Shown: positions 43,699 to 53,281 of the stretch, piece by piece
Position numbering within the stretch: position 1 is the stretch's first letter
Layout: every line of letters starts with the position of its first letter
Assembly (NCBI GenBank): GCA_963810095.1
Contig: CAWEMM010000009.1
Span: forward strand, 576,001-640,000
Origin: an uncultured Chloroflexia bacterium
GTDB lineage: Bacteria > Chloroflexota > Anaerolineae > CG2-30-64-16
Reading direction: 5' to 3'
DNA length: 64,000 bases
Translations under genes and position numbers: made by a program
Notes under the pieces: generated by a model
Told to the model about the DNA's origin: nothing
What the model saw: only the letters and a program-made list of their open reading frames with translations
Databases searched by the model: none

Positions 43699-43857
43699 GG
43701 GAAGTGGACGCGGAGGTGGGCGCGCCATCCACGGAACGAATGAATCCTGCTGCGGGCCCGAATGAACGAATCTCGCCGCTATTCGTTTTATGGCGGCCCG
43801 TGTCGATGCCGCGCCCTCCTTGACGACCCGCCTCGGATGGCTTACGCTACCGCTCAC

Positions 43858-44748
43858 ATGGAAACAGTTCCCCGCACCTTGCTCATCACCGGCGTTTCCG
43901 GTTATGTGGGGCAGGCGATCGCACCGCTGGCGGCATCCGCCGGTTACCGCGTCGTCGGCACGTGGTTCACTCACGAACCTCGCGCACTGCCGGACTGCGA
44001 CCTTCGCCGCGCCGCGGTCGATGAAATCCCTGCCCTCATCGCCGCGCTCCGGCCCGACGTGGTGCTCCACACCGCTGCCGCCTGGCGTACTGAGGCCGAA
44101 GCCCAGGCGGTCATCGTGGAAGGCACGCGGGGGATCGCCGGGGCCGCCGCGCTCGTCGGCGCGCGCCTGATCCACCTGTCAACCGATCTCGTCTTCGACG
44201 GCGAGCACCCGCCCTACGATGAGGGCAGCCTGCCCGCGCCCGTGAACTTCTACGGCGAGGCCAAAGCCGCAGCCGAGGGGATCGTCGCGGAGGTGTTCGG
44301 GCTGGGGCGTCCTTCGACTCCGCTGCACGCCGCTCAGGATGCCCCGACATCGCCCGGCGCCGTCATCGCGCGCACCTCGCTGGTCACCTGTTTCGACCCG
44401 CCCGATCCCCGCACCGAGCCCATTCTCGACGCGCTCAGGGGCCGGCGGCCTCCCGTCACGCTCTACACAGACGAGTACCGGTGTCCCGTGCGGGTGGAAG
44501 ACCTGGCGACGGCACTGGTGGAGCTGGGCGGCAACGACTTCACGGGCATCCTGCACATCGCAGGCCCCGAGCGCCTGAGCCGGTACGAGCTCGGGCTGCG
44601 CATCGCGCGCTTCTACGGTCTGACCCCCGCGCCCGGTATCGTTTCGGCCCTGGCCCGTGACAGTGCGTTGCCGCGTCCGCGCGACTGCACGCTGGATATT
44701 TCGCTTGCCCGCCGCTCGCTGCACACCTCGCTGCGGCCTCTTTCATAG
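43858..44748 (+). CDS. RmlD-like (dTDP-4-dehydrorhamnose reductase family) SDR
   Basis: LITGVSGYVG, STDLVFDG, YGEAK, RP.D.TLD. Confidence 0.85.
   Translation: METVPRTLLITGVSGYVGQAIAPLAASAGYRVVGTWFTHEPRALPDCDLRRAAVDEIPALIAALRPDVVLHTAAAWRTEAEAQAVIVEGTRGIAGAAALVGARLIHLSTDLVFDGEHPPYDEGSLPAPVNFYGEAKAAAEGIVAEVFGLGRPSTPLHAAQDAPTSPGAVIARTSLVTCFDPPDPRTEPILDALRGRRPPVTLYTDEYRCPVRVEDLATALVELGGNDFTGILHIAGPERLSRYELGLRIARFYGLTPAPGIVSALARDSALPRPRDCTLDISLARRSLHTSLRPLS
44304..44345. repeat. In-frame 42-bp REP-like element inside the RmlD-like gene
   Basis: GGGGCGTCCTTCGACTCCGC...CGCTCAGGATGCCCC, terminal inverted repeat. Confidence 0.6.
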
Positions 44749-44792
44749 ACGTAAGCTTTCACTGATTCTACAGCTTGGTCGGTTTTTCGCAC

Positions 44793-44822
44793 TTGACCAA
44801 ACAGAAAAAGGGCGCGTATAAT
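44793..44822 (+). promoter_or_regulatory. Sigma70 promoter
   Basis: TTGACC-N18-TATAAT, about 200 nt upstream of the zinc-ribbon gene. Confidence 0.55.
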
Positions 44823-45030
44823 GCCTGCCAGTTGGTCACGAACAGCATCATACACGGGGCTGCGAAAGATCGCCGGTTGGCCGGCCGCCAAGTGGCGTAC
44901 GAGAACTCACGGTATACAAGCTGGGTGACATCGCCGTGCTAAGGTCAAGCGTACAGGTCACTTTACCTGCGAGCAGAGGTCGGCACGCTTGACCCGCACT
45001 AGTTGGTTTCTCTCTCGGAGGATAGTTACC

Positions 45031-45438
45031 GTGAGTCAGTACGCTGACAAGACCATGACGTGCCGCGACTGCGGCAAGCAGTTCACCTTCACGGCGGGGG
45101 AGCAGGAGTTCTACGCCACGCGGGGCTTCAGCGAACCGGCGCGCTGCGGCGAGTGCCGCGCGGCACGCAAAGCCGGCCGCGATAGCGGCGGCTATGGGGC
45201 ATCGGATTACGGCAGCACCGGCGGGGGCCGCAGCAGCAGCTACAGCGATTCCGGCTATAGCCACTCCAGCAGCAGCTACGGCTCGGCGAGTCGTGGCGGC
45301 GCCAGCTCGGGCACGCGGCAGATGTTCACCGCCGTGTGCGCAGATTGCGGCACCACCACCGAGGTGCCCTTTGAGCCGCGCCAGGGCCGGCCCGTCTATT
45401 GTCGTGATTGCTTCGAGAGGCGTAACCCCAGGCGCTAA
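45031..45438 (+). CDS. Zinc-ribbon protein with two CxxC-x-CxxC domains and a Gly/Ser-rich linker
   Basis: DKT..CRDCG..F.F.AGEQEFY...P.RC..CR and A.CADCG...EVPF.P...RPVYC.DCF; GGAGG + GTG start. Confidence 0.9.
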   Translation: MSQYADKTMTCRDCGKQFTFTAGEQEFYATRGFSEPARCGECRAARKAGRDSGGYGASDYGSTGGGRSSSYSDSGYSHSSSSYGSASRGGASSGTRQMFTAVCADCGTTTEVPFEPRQGRPVYCRDCFERRNPRR

Positions 45439-45522
45439 GCCACCCTCTCGGTGACGTAACAGTTCGGCGGGCGGTCGTGCGATCCACGGCCGCCCCTTCT
45501 CTTTAAGGCTGAACCCCGGTTA

Positions 45523-45594
45523 ACCACAAAGACTCGAAGGCACCAAGCGGCACGAAGACTTCGCTGATCCTTCGTGTCTTCGAGTCTTTGTGGT
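45523..45594. repeat. CAC(A/G)AAG-family intergenic palindrome
   Basis: ACCACAAAGACTCGAAGGCACCAAG...CTTCGTGTCTTCGAGTCTTTGTGGT. Confidence 0.7.
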
Positions 45595-45661
45595 GAGTAT
45601 CCGAATCCGTCCGATGCACTCGATTCTTGCCGCAACGGGCTTTTCGGGGTATAAACGCTCG

Positions 45662-48600
45662 GTGCGATACCTCAAACAGCTGACCTTACAGGGCTACAAA
45701 ACTTTCGCCTCACGGACGGAGTTTCTTTTCGACGCCGGCGTGACCGCGATCGTGGGCCCCAACGGCAGTGGTAAGTCTAATGTGGCGGATGCTCTGCGCT
45801 GGGTGTTGGGCGAACAGAGCTTCTCGGCACTGCGCGGCAAGCGAACGGAGGACATGATCTTCTCCGGGTCCGAGCAGCGGCCGCGCATGGGCATGGCCCA
45901 GGTCTCGCTCATCCTCGACAACGCCTCTGGTTGGCTCCCCGTCGACTTTGCCGAAGTGGAAGTGTCCCGCCGGGCCTATCGCTCGGGCGAGAACGAGTAC
46001 TACGTCAACGGCAACCGTGTGCGCCTGCGCGACGTGCATGATCTGCTGGGCAGTTCGGGCCTCAGCGAGCGCACGTATACGGTCATCGGCCAGGGCCTTG
46101 TCGACCAGGCGCTGTCGCTGCGTCCCGAGGAGCGCCGGAAGCTGTTCGAGGAAGCCGCGGGCATCACCGTGCACCAGGCCAAGCGCGAGCAGGCCAGCCA
46201 GAAGCTGGCGGATGCCTCCAACAACCTCATGCGGGCTCGGGACATTATCAGCGAACTGACGCCCCGGCTGCGTTACCTCAAGGGCCAGGCTCGGCGGGCG
46301 CAGGAGTACCAGCAGCTCAAGGCGGACCTCGAATCGCAGCTGCGGACGTGGTACGGCTACCGCTGGCGGCAGGCGCTGCTGGCCCTGGCCGGCGCGCGCA
46401 ACCGGGCCGTGGATGCGGCGGCCGCGACGGAAGAGGAAACCGTAGAACTGAACGGCCTGCTCGAGCAGATCGCCGCCCGGCGCGACGAGCGCAACCGGCT
46501 GCGCGACCAGCTCGGCGACTGGCACCGGTCCTCGAGCGCGCTGCACCGCCAGGCGGAGATCGTGCAGCGCGAGCTGGCAGTGCGCAACGAGCAGGTGCGC
46601 CTCTGGCGCGAGCAGGCCGATGACCTCGGGCGCGAGCTGACATACCTCGCGGCCGCGCTCGAAGACGGCAAAGAGCGACTGCAGGCCGCCAAGGCGGAGC
46701 TGGGCCAGGCCCAGGCCGAGCACGCGACGCGCGCTCGCCGGGTGGAAGAGGCGCAGGCCGACCTCCAGCGCCGCGATCGCGAGCGCTCGGCCCAGGTCCG
46801 GGTGTTGGCGCAGGCCGAGGACGGGCTGCTGACGCTCCGCACCCAGCTCGCCGAGCGCCGCTCGCGCCTGGCTCAAATCGCGGACCGCCGGACAGAACTG
46901 ACCGGCGCGGACGCCGAGCAGGTCACCGCGGCGAAGGGTGCGTCGGGGCAGGTTGCCGAAATGGAGGCTCAGCTCAAGACGCTGGGCGCAAAGGCCGACG
47001 AGTTCAGCCGCGCACTGGCGGCGATCGAGCACGACCGGCAGGGCCGCGGGCAGGCGCTGGCCGTCGGCCAGGAGGCCGAGCGCAAAGCCCAGGAACAGCT
47101 CAACGCGGCCCAGCGGGCCGTCTCCCGCCTCGAGGACCAGCAGGACATGCTCGAACGCCTGCGCGACGAGGGTGCGGGGCTGGCGGGCGGCGTCCGGGCA
47201 GTCATGGCCGCGGCGCGCGAGGTCAGCAAACCAGGTTTCTCGAAGAAACCTGGTTTGTCGGGCGAGCAGAAACCTGGTTTATCCCCCCGCGATCACCTTG
47301 ACGGGATTCTCGGGCCCTTGGGCGAGTTGATCCAGGTGCCGCCCGAGTACGAGCGTGCGATGGAAGCCGCGCTGGGCGGCCGGGTGCAGGACGTCGTAGT
47401 GCGGGGCTGGGAAGACGCCGAGGCTGCGGTCGAGTTCCTGAAGCGGAACCAGGCCGGCCGCGCGACGTTCCTGCCCCTCGACACGCTGCGGCCCGGGCGC
47501 GCCGTGGACGTGCCCAAGGCGCCGGGCGTCATTGGCCTGGCAAGCGAGCTGGTCGGCTTTGCCCCGGAGGTTCGAGCGGCGGTCGACCTGGCGCTCAACC
47601 ACACGCTGGTCGTCCAGGACCTGCCCACTGCGCGCCGGCTCCTTAACCGGGGTGGCGGCGCCACGCTGGTGACGCTGGACGGCGAGATCGTCCGGTCCTC
47701 AGGCAGCGTGACGGGCGGTGCGGAAAGCCGGCAGCGCGACGGTGGCCTCTTGCAGCGGGCGCGACAGCTCCGCGAACTGCCCGAGCAAATTCAGCGCGGC
47801 GGCGAAGATCGTCGCGGGGCACGAAAAGCAGATCGCGGACCTACGCAAGGCGCAGGCCGAGGCGCGGGCCGCGTTGGACGCTCTGCGGGCGCGCCGCGAC
47901 GAGCTGAACGCCAGCCAGGCGCGCCTTAACGCCGAGCTCTCCAAGACACAGCTGGCCGCCGAGCGGGCGCGGCAGACCGTGAGCTGGCATGAGGAGCGGC
48001 GCAAGGGCCTGGAGCGCGAGGCCGGCGAGCTGGACCGGCGGGAGAGCGAGCTCAAGGCAGCGATTGCCGACCTGGCTGCCCAGGTGGAGAAGCGCGAAGG
48101 CGTGGTCGACGCGGAGCGCCGCCGGCTCAACGAGCTGTCCGCGGAAGACTACATGGCCGAGGTCGCGCGGCTGCGGGCCGAGGCGGCGGTCAGTGCCGGC
48201 CAACTGCGCAGCCTCGAGGGCCGGGTGCAGGAGCTCCAGCGCGGCCAGGCCGGCCGCGAGCAGGAGATCGCCAGCAAGACTGCCCGCCGTGCGTCTCTGG
48301 GCGGGCAGCAGGCCGAGGCCGCGCAAGCCATCGAAGCACAGAGCGGTGCGGCCGAGGGCCTGGCCGGCGAGATCTCCGAACTTGCGGCGTGCATCGACCC
48401 CGCCGAAGCGCGGCTCGCCGAGCTGGAGAAGAGCAGCCGGGAGACCGAGCAGCAAGAGCGCAGCCTGCGCGAGCAACTGCGGCTGGCCCAGGCCCGCCTC
48501 AACCAGGCCGACCTGTCGGCTCAGCGGGCCCAGGACGAGCTGGCCCACCTCCGCGGCGAGATCGAAAAAGACCTGGGCTTGGTGGAATTGACCCAGTTTG

Positions 48601-49389
48601 CAGACGATCCGGGCGAGTCGCAAGAGGCGCTGGCCGAAGATTTGCTCGACACGCAGCCGCCCCTGCCGCTCAACGGCATGGTGACCCGGTTACCCGTCGT
48701 CGTGGAGCTTCCGGAAGGGCTCGATGCCGACGTCCGTAACCTGCGCGGCCAGGTGGCGCGGCTCGGGCCCGTCAACCTCGACGCGCTGGCCGAGTACCAG
48801 GAAGTCGAGTCCCGCTACAACTTCCTCACGACGCAGTCGGCAGACCTGGAACATGCGGTGGCCACGCTGCAGGAGGTGATCGCCGAACTCGACCGGGTGA
48901 TGGAGCGCGAGTTCGTCGCCACCTTCAAGGCGGTCGCCGCCCGGTTCAAGGATGAGTTCGTCGCCCTCTTCGGGGGCGGCTCGGCCAAGCTACTGATGGC
49001 CGATCCCGAAAACCCGAACAGCACCGGCATCGAGATCATCGCCCGCCCCCGGCAAGCGCGAACAGGGCCTGGCCCTCCTGTCGGGCGGCGAGCGTGCGCT
49101 GACCGCCGCCGCACTGATCTTCAGCATCCTGAAGACCCGGCCAACGCCGTTCTGCGTGCTCGACGAGGTCGACGCGGCGCTGGACGAGGCGAACGTGAGC
49201 CGCTTCCGCGACGCGATCAAGACGCTCGGTAAGGAAACCCAGTTTATCCTCGTAACCCATAACCGCGGCACTATTGAAGCGGCCGATACCATCTACGGCA
49301 TTTCGATGGGCGCCGACCACACGTCGACCACGCTCTCCCTCAAGCTGGATGGCAAGGAACTGGTGACGGCGACGGCGGTCGAAGCGTGA
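45662..49389 (+). CDS. smc: Chromosome segregation protein SMC (frameshifts near 47797 and 49048)
   Basis: [15 protein letters not shown], coiled coils, hinge [30 protein letters not shown]. Confidence 0.95.
47225..47280. repeat. In-frame palindromic element inside smc ([19 protein letters not shown])
   Basis: AGCAAACCAGGTTTCTCGAAGAAACCTGGTTTGT plus a third AGAAACCTGGTTT unit. Confidence 0.8.
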
Positions 49390-50351
49390 GTAGTCGGTCC
49401 GCGGACGCGGTGTCGGCCGGCACAGAAGCCGCCCGCGCTGCTCGCACCCGCCGGCCCCCCCGCCCCGTCCTCTACCTGTTGGGCCTCGGCACCGTTGTCT
49501 TCTGGGGCGCTAGCTTTCCGATCACCAAGGCCGCGCTCGACTATACCGGCCCCAGCGCGATCGCCTTCCTCCGCTGGACCGTCTCAGCGCTCTTCCTCGC
49601 GGGCTGGCTGGCTTTGGCGGGGCGGCGGGATGCGTCTGTCAGCCTTTCTGCCGCAGGCCGCATGCTTGCCGTACGCTGGCGGACCGTCGTGTGGGTCAGC
49701 CTGACGGGCATCACGCTGTTTTACCTGCTCGAAAACCTCGCGCTGCACTACACGACCGCGACCAATGCCGGCGTCCTCTCGAATCTTACCTCGGTGTTTA
49801 TGGTGATCATCGGCGCGGTGCTTCTGCACGAGCGGCTGGGCGGGCTCGAGTGGCTGGCGCTCGGGGCCGCGTTCGCCGGCTCGGCCCTCGTGAGTCAGGG
49901 CGCCGGTCACTTGACCGTCGGCGGGACCGGCCTGCTCGGCGACGGGATGATGGTGGTCGCAGGCTTCTTCGGCGCGGTGTTCAGCATCGGCGGGAAGGGG
50001 CTGTCTGAGCGCTACCCTCCGGTGGTGGTGACCACGGTGGTGGCGGCTGTTGGCGCACTCTTCTTGTTGCCCGTCGCGCTGCTTGAGGGCCTGACTTTCA
50101 GCCTGCCGCCGCAAGGTTGGGGGATGATCGTGCTGCTGGGACTGGGCTCGGGCGCGCTGGCTAACCTCTTCTGGATGAGCCTGCTGGCCCACACCGCTGC
50201 CTCAAGGGCCGCAGTCGTCCTGTTCCTCGTTCCGCTGGTCTCGGCCGGCCTGTCTATCGTTCTGCTGGGCGAGCCGGTCACGCCGCTGCTGCTGGTGGGG
50301 ACCGCGCTGGTGCTCGCGGGCGTGATGGTCGTGCAGCGCCGCAGCGCATGA
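49386..50351 (+). CDS. DMT/EamA family transporter
   Basis: About 10 TM segments, WG.SF...K, LR, L.ERL, LLGEP. Confidence 0.9.
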   Translation: MSSRSADAVSAGTEAARAARTRRPPRPVLYLLGLGTVVFWGASFPITKAALDYTGPSAIAFLRWTVSALFLAGWLALAGRRDASVSLSAAGRMLAVRWRTVVWVSLTGITLFYLLENLALHYTTATNAGVLSNLTSVFMVIIGAVLLHERLGGLEWLALGAAFAGSALVSQGAGHLTVGGTGLLGDGMMVVAGFFGAVFSIGGKGLSERYPPVVVTTVVAAVGALFLLPVALLEGLTFSLPPQGWGMIVLLGLGSGALANLFWMSLLAHTAASRAAVVLFLVPLVSAGLSIVLLGEPVTPLLLVGTALVLAGVMVVQRRSA

Positions 50352-50475
50352 GCTGCGCGCCCTCTTAACGAAAGACACATGGCCGGGGCGCTCAGCGGCC
50401 TGCACGGGCGGCCGCCCGTCGTTTCGTTGCCCCGCTTACTTCCTCCCGCGTCCGCGATCCACTATACTGTCGGGC

Positions 50476-50868
50476 ATGACCCAGATGCAAGACCCCAACG
50501 AGATCTGGCGCGCGTCGCTGACGGAGGCCGAGCGCACCGAGAAGCAGCCGCCGACGATCCTCCGGGCGGAAGCCTGGCCCTACCCGGAACTCGACCGGTT
50601 GTGGGTGCGGGTCGAACTCGCGCCGTTCGCCGCCTTTCCGAACCTCGAGTTCATCCTGACGGATGCCACGGGCGAGGTGGTGAGCACGATGTTCATGGTC
50701 GAAGTACGCGAGCCGTACCAATCGCTCACGCTCCATCTCCGCCGCCCGCCGCAGCCCGGTCAGCCGTATCGCCTGGCAATCGAGCTCACGCGCGACGAGC
50801 AGGTGCTGGATACGCGCGAGCTGGACTTTGATCTTGTCTTCCGTGACCCGAAAGGAGCCCAGAAGTGA
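50476..50868 (+). CDS. Conserved hypothetical protein
   Basis: 130-aa ORF with normal codon style, coupled to the next gene (GTGA overlap). Confidence 0.7.
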   Translation: MTQMQDPNEIWRASLTEAERTEKQPPTILRAEAWPYPELDRLWVRVELAPFAAFPNLEFILTDATGEVVSTMFMVEVREPYQSLTLHLRRPPQPGQPYRLAIELTRDEQVLDTRELDFDLVFRDPKGAQK

Positions 50869-51299
50869 CCCCCTCGAATACGCCCGCACTCGTCAATCCC
50901 ACTGACCGCGAAATCCGCCACATCCTCCAGACTGCGAAGACGGTCGCGGTCGTCGGCCTGTCAGACAAGCCGGATCGGGATAGCTACAAGGTGGCGAAAT
51001 ACCTGCAGGAGCACGGGTACCGGATCATCCCGGTCAACCCGATGGTGGACGAGGTGCTGGGCGAGAAAAGCTACGCGTCCGTGACGGACATCCCCGGGCA
51101 GGTCGACGCCGTAGACGTGTTTCGCAAGCCAGAGGCGGTGATGCCGGTCGTCCAGGAAGCCATCGACGCGGGTGCAGCCACGCTCTGGCTGCAGCTCGGG
51201 GTGGTGAACCAGGAAGCCGCGGAGAAGGCCGAGGCCGCCGGGCTGCAGGTCGTCATGGACCGCTGCATGAAGATCGAGCACGGCCGATTGCTGGGGTAG
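50865..51299 (+). CDS. CoA-binding protein (YccU-like)
   Basis: VAVVGLS.KP.R.S, IPVNP, VDVFR, WLQLG, VMDRC. Confidence 0.93.
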   Translation: MTPSNTPALVNPTDREIRHILQTAKTVAVVGLSDKPDRDSYKVAKYLQEHGYRIIPVNPMVDEVLGEKSYASVTDIPGQVDAVDVFRKPEAVMPVVQEAIDAGAATLWLQLGVVNQEAAEKAEAAGLQVVMDRCMKIEHGRLLG

Positions 51300-51390
51300 G
51301 GGCGCGGTCCGTGGGGTAGGGGCGCCACCCGCCGGGTAGGGGCTAGGCACTTGGAGCGGACGAACGCCGCTCCAAGTGCCTAGCCCCTAC
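51296..51390. repeat. GTAG-family REP cluster
   Basis: GTAGGGGC at 51296, 51316 and 51336; the last unit forms a perfect 24-bp stem ending GCCCCTAC at 51390. Confidence 0.8.
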
Positions 51391-51836
51391 GTGTTCGTAT
51401 CGATGTTCTGCGATTCCAGCAGCTTACGATACGCGGCCAAGCCCGTCTCGCCGGTCACGAGCGCCGCGGCTGCGGAGGCCCAGTCCTGCGCCGCCATCTC
51501 CACGACCCAGCCCTCGCCGTACGGGTCCCTTTCCGCGATGGCCGGATCGTCGGCCAGAAGCGGGTTTGAGCGCAGCACCGTGCCCGTGAACGGCGCGGGG
51601 AGCGGTCCGATGAACTTCAGGCTTTCGATCATCGCCACGCTCTTCCCCTTTTCAACCACCTTGCCGATGACGCTGGCCTTGACGCTGATGGCGACGAGCG
51701 AGTGACGGAGAAGTTGGTAGGCCACCGGTGTCAGGCCCACCCGGTTCACACCGTCAACGGGCGCGGCCACCCACACGTGCTTCTCCACGAGGTAGTACAG
51801 GTCGTCTGGCAGTTCGAACCCTCGAATGTGCGCCAT
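51387..51836 (-). CDS. GcvH-family lipoyl-carrier protein, LbpA-like
   Basis: LPDDLYY..KHVW, VG.T, IESLK (lipoyl Lys) FIGP..AP..G.V...N, DPYGEGW. Confidence 0.85.
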   Translation of the reverse strand: MAHIRGFELPDDLYYLVEKHVWVAAPVDGVNRVGLTPVAYQLLRHSLVAISVKASVIGKVVEKGKSVAMIESLKFIGPLPAPFTGTVLRSNPLLADDPAIAERDPYGEGWVVEMAAQDWASAAAALVTGETGLAAYRKLLESQNIDTNT

Positions 51837-51919
51837 TCTTGACTCCATAAAGAAACCCGGGTCGGCGTGCCTGTCGCTGGGCCGAAACCGGGTTTCGTGA
51901 GCGGCAAAAGCAGGGCCCG

Positions 51920-53176
51920 CTACGGGAGGATCACCACCGGCATCCCGATCCAGGCCATGTCGTACAGCATCTTGGCGTTCACGTTGTCCAGCATCACGCA
52001 GCCGAACGTGATCGGCTTGCCGACGTTGCCGCTCCAGATCTGGACCCCCGTCTTTGCATCCCACGGCAGGCCGTGGATGCCGTTCTCGCTCGCGCCCGCC
52101 CAGTAGATGCCCAGCCAGAACGGCATCCAAATGTTCCAGGTGGAGCCATACGCCTTAGGCAGCTTGGACTGGATTTTGTACGACCCGGGCACACTCGGTG
52201 CGCCGCGGCGTCCCGTCGAGCAAATCCAGCGTGCGATGACCGTCTCACCATTGTAGAGCCAACAGCGCTGCTGGGTGATGCTGGCGACGAACTTCGTGGG
52301 GCGGACTTTCGGGGTCGCCGCCGTGCTGCTGGTGGCGGTTCCGTCCTTGGCCGGGATGATCAGCCGCACACCCACGCCGATAAGGTCGGCGCTGCCGAGC
52401 CCGTTAGCCGACACGAGCGCTTCGACCGACACACCGTACTTCTGGGCGATCTTCGAGAGCGTGTCGCCGGCCTGCACCACGTGAATCTTCGGGTTGACTA
52501 CCGCCGGCGCGGGCTCTGCCGTCGGTTTGGCAGCGGGCGCCTGCGCCGGCTGCGGCGTCGCCGTTGGCTGCGGTGCGTCCGTCGCGCCCGCATGCGGCGT
52601 GGAAGGCAGGGGCACGGCCGGGCGCTGCTGAGTGGCGGCGGCAGTCGGCGCAGTTGGCGCCTGGCCCGCTGACCCGCTCCCGTCCAGCGCGGGCACGATC
52701 AACTTCTGTCCCACCCAGATCAGGTCGGCGTTGGCGATCCCGTTGGCCTGCAGCAGCGCGGCGACGCTTACGCCGAACTGCCGCGCAATGCTGGCGAGCG
52801 TATCGCCCAATTGGATCGTATACGTGCGCGTCTGGCCGCTGGCCCCGGGCACTCGGGTGGGCGCCCCCATGCGGGTAGGGGTCGCCGTGCGGGCGGGCGC
52901 CGCGACGCCGGGGATGGTCAATGTCTGCCCCGGGTAGATGGTGTCGGCGTTTGCGAGGCCGTTGGCGCGCACGATCGCGCTGGCCGAGACCCCGAAGCGG
53001 GCTGCGATATCTACCAGGCGGTCGCCGGGCTTCACGACGTAAGGAATGCCGTCACTGGCCGGCTCGGCGCGCACTCCAGCGGGCTGCCCCGCCAGGATCA
53101 GCACAAAGATCAGCAGCAGCAGGGCGCCGGCCCTGAGGAGCGGGCGGCCCTGCCGGGCCAGCGAATCGGCAGCCAT
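51920..53176 (-). CDS. Secreted 3xLysM + YkuD L,D-transpeptidase-family protein
   Basis: Signal peptide, three V..GD.L..IA..FGVS LysM repeats, STG, GIHG...TFGC. Confidence 0.9.
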   Translation of the reverse strand: MAADSLARQGRPLLRAGALLLLIFVLILAGQPAGVRAEPASDGIPYVVKPGDRLVDIAARFGVSASAIVRANGLANADTIYPGQTLTIPGVAAPARTATPTRMGAPTRVPGASGQTRTYTIQLGDTLASIARQFGVSVAALLQANGIANADLIWVGQKLIVPALDGSGSAGQAPTAPTAAATQQRPAVPLPSTPHAGATDAPQPTATPQPAQAPAAKPTAEPAPAVVNPKIHVVQAGDTLSKIAQKYGVSVEALVSANGLGSADLIGVGVRLIIPAKDGTATSSTAATPKVRPTKFVASITQQRCWLYNGETVIARWICSTGRRGAPSVPGSYKIQSKLPKAYGSTWNIWMPFWLGIYWAGASENGIHGLPWDAKTGVQIWSGNVGKPITFGCVMLDNVNAKMLYDMAWIGMPVVILP

Positions 53177-53281
53177 GGTGTTCCTCACATCACGAAATGG
53201 TTTCACAATGACGATACATGCCCTGAGAACAGGATACCCGAATTCGCCGCCGCTGTCAAGAATGCAAGTGCTATTTAGTTG

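Noticed and set aside
45662-49389. smc, rnc and aro genes as true pseudogenes or programmed frameshifts
   Set aside because: Motifs are intact on both sides, no slippery-site signals were seen, and breaks are scattered; sequencing indels are more parsimonious
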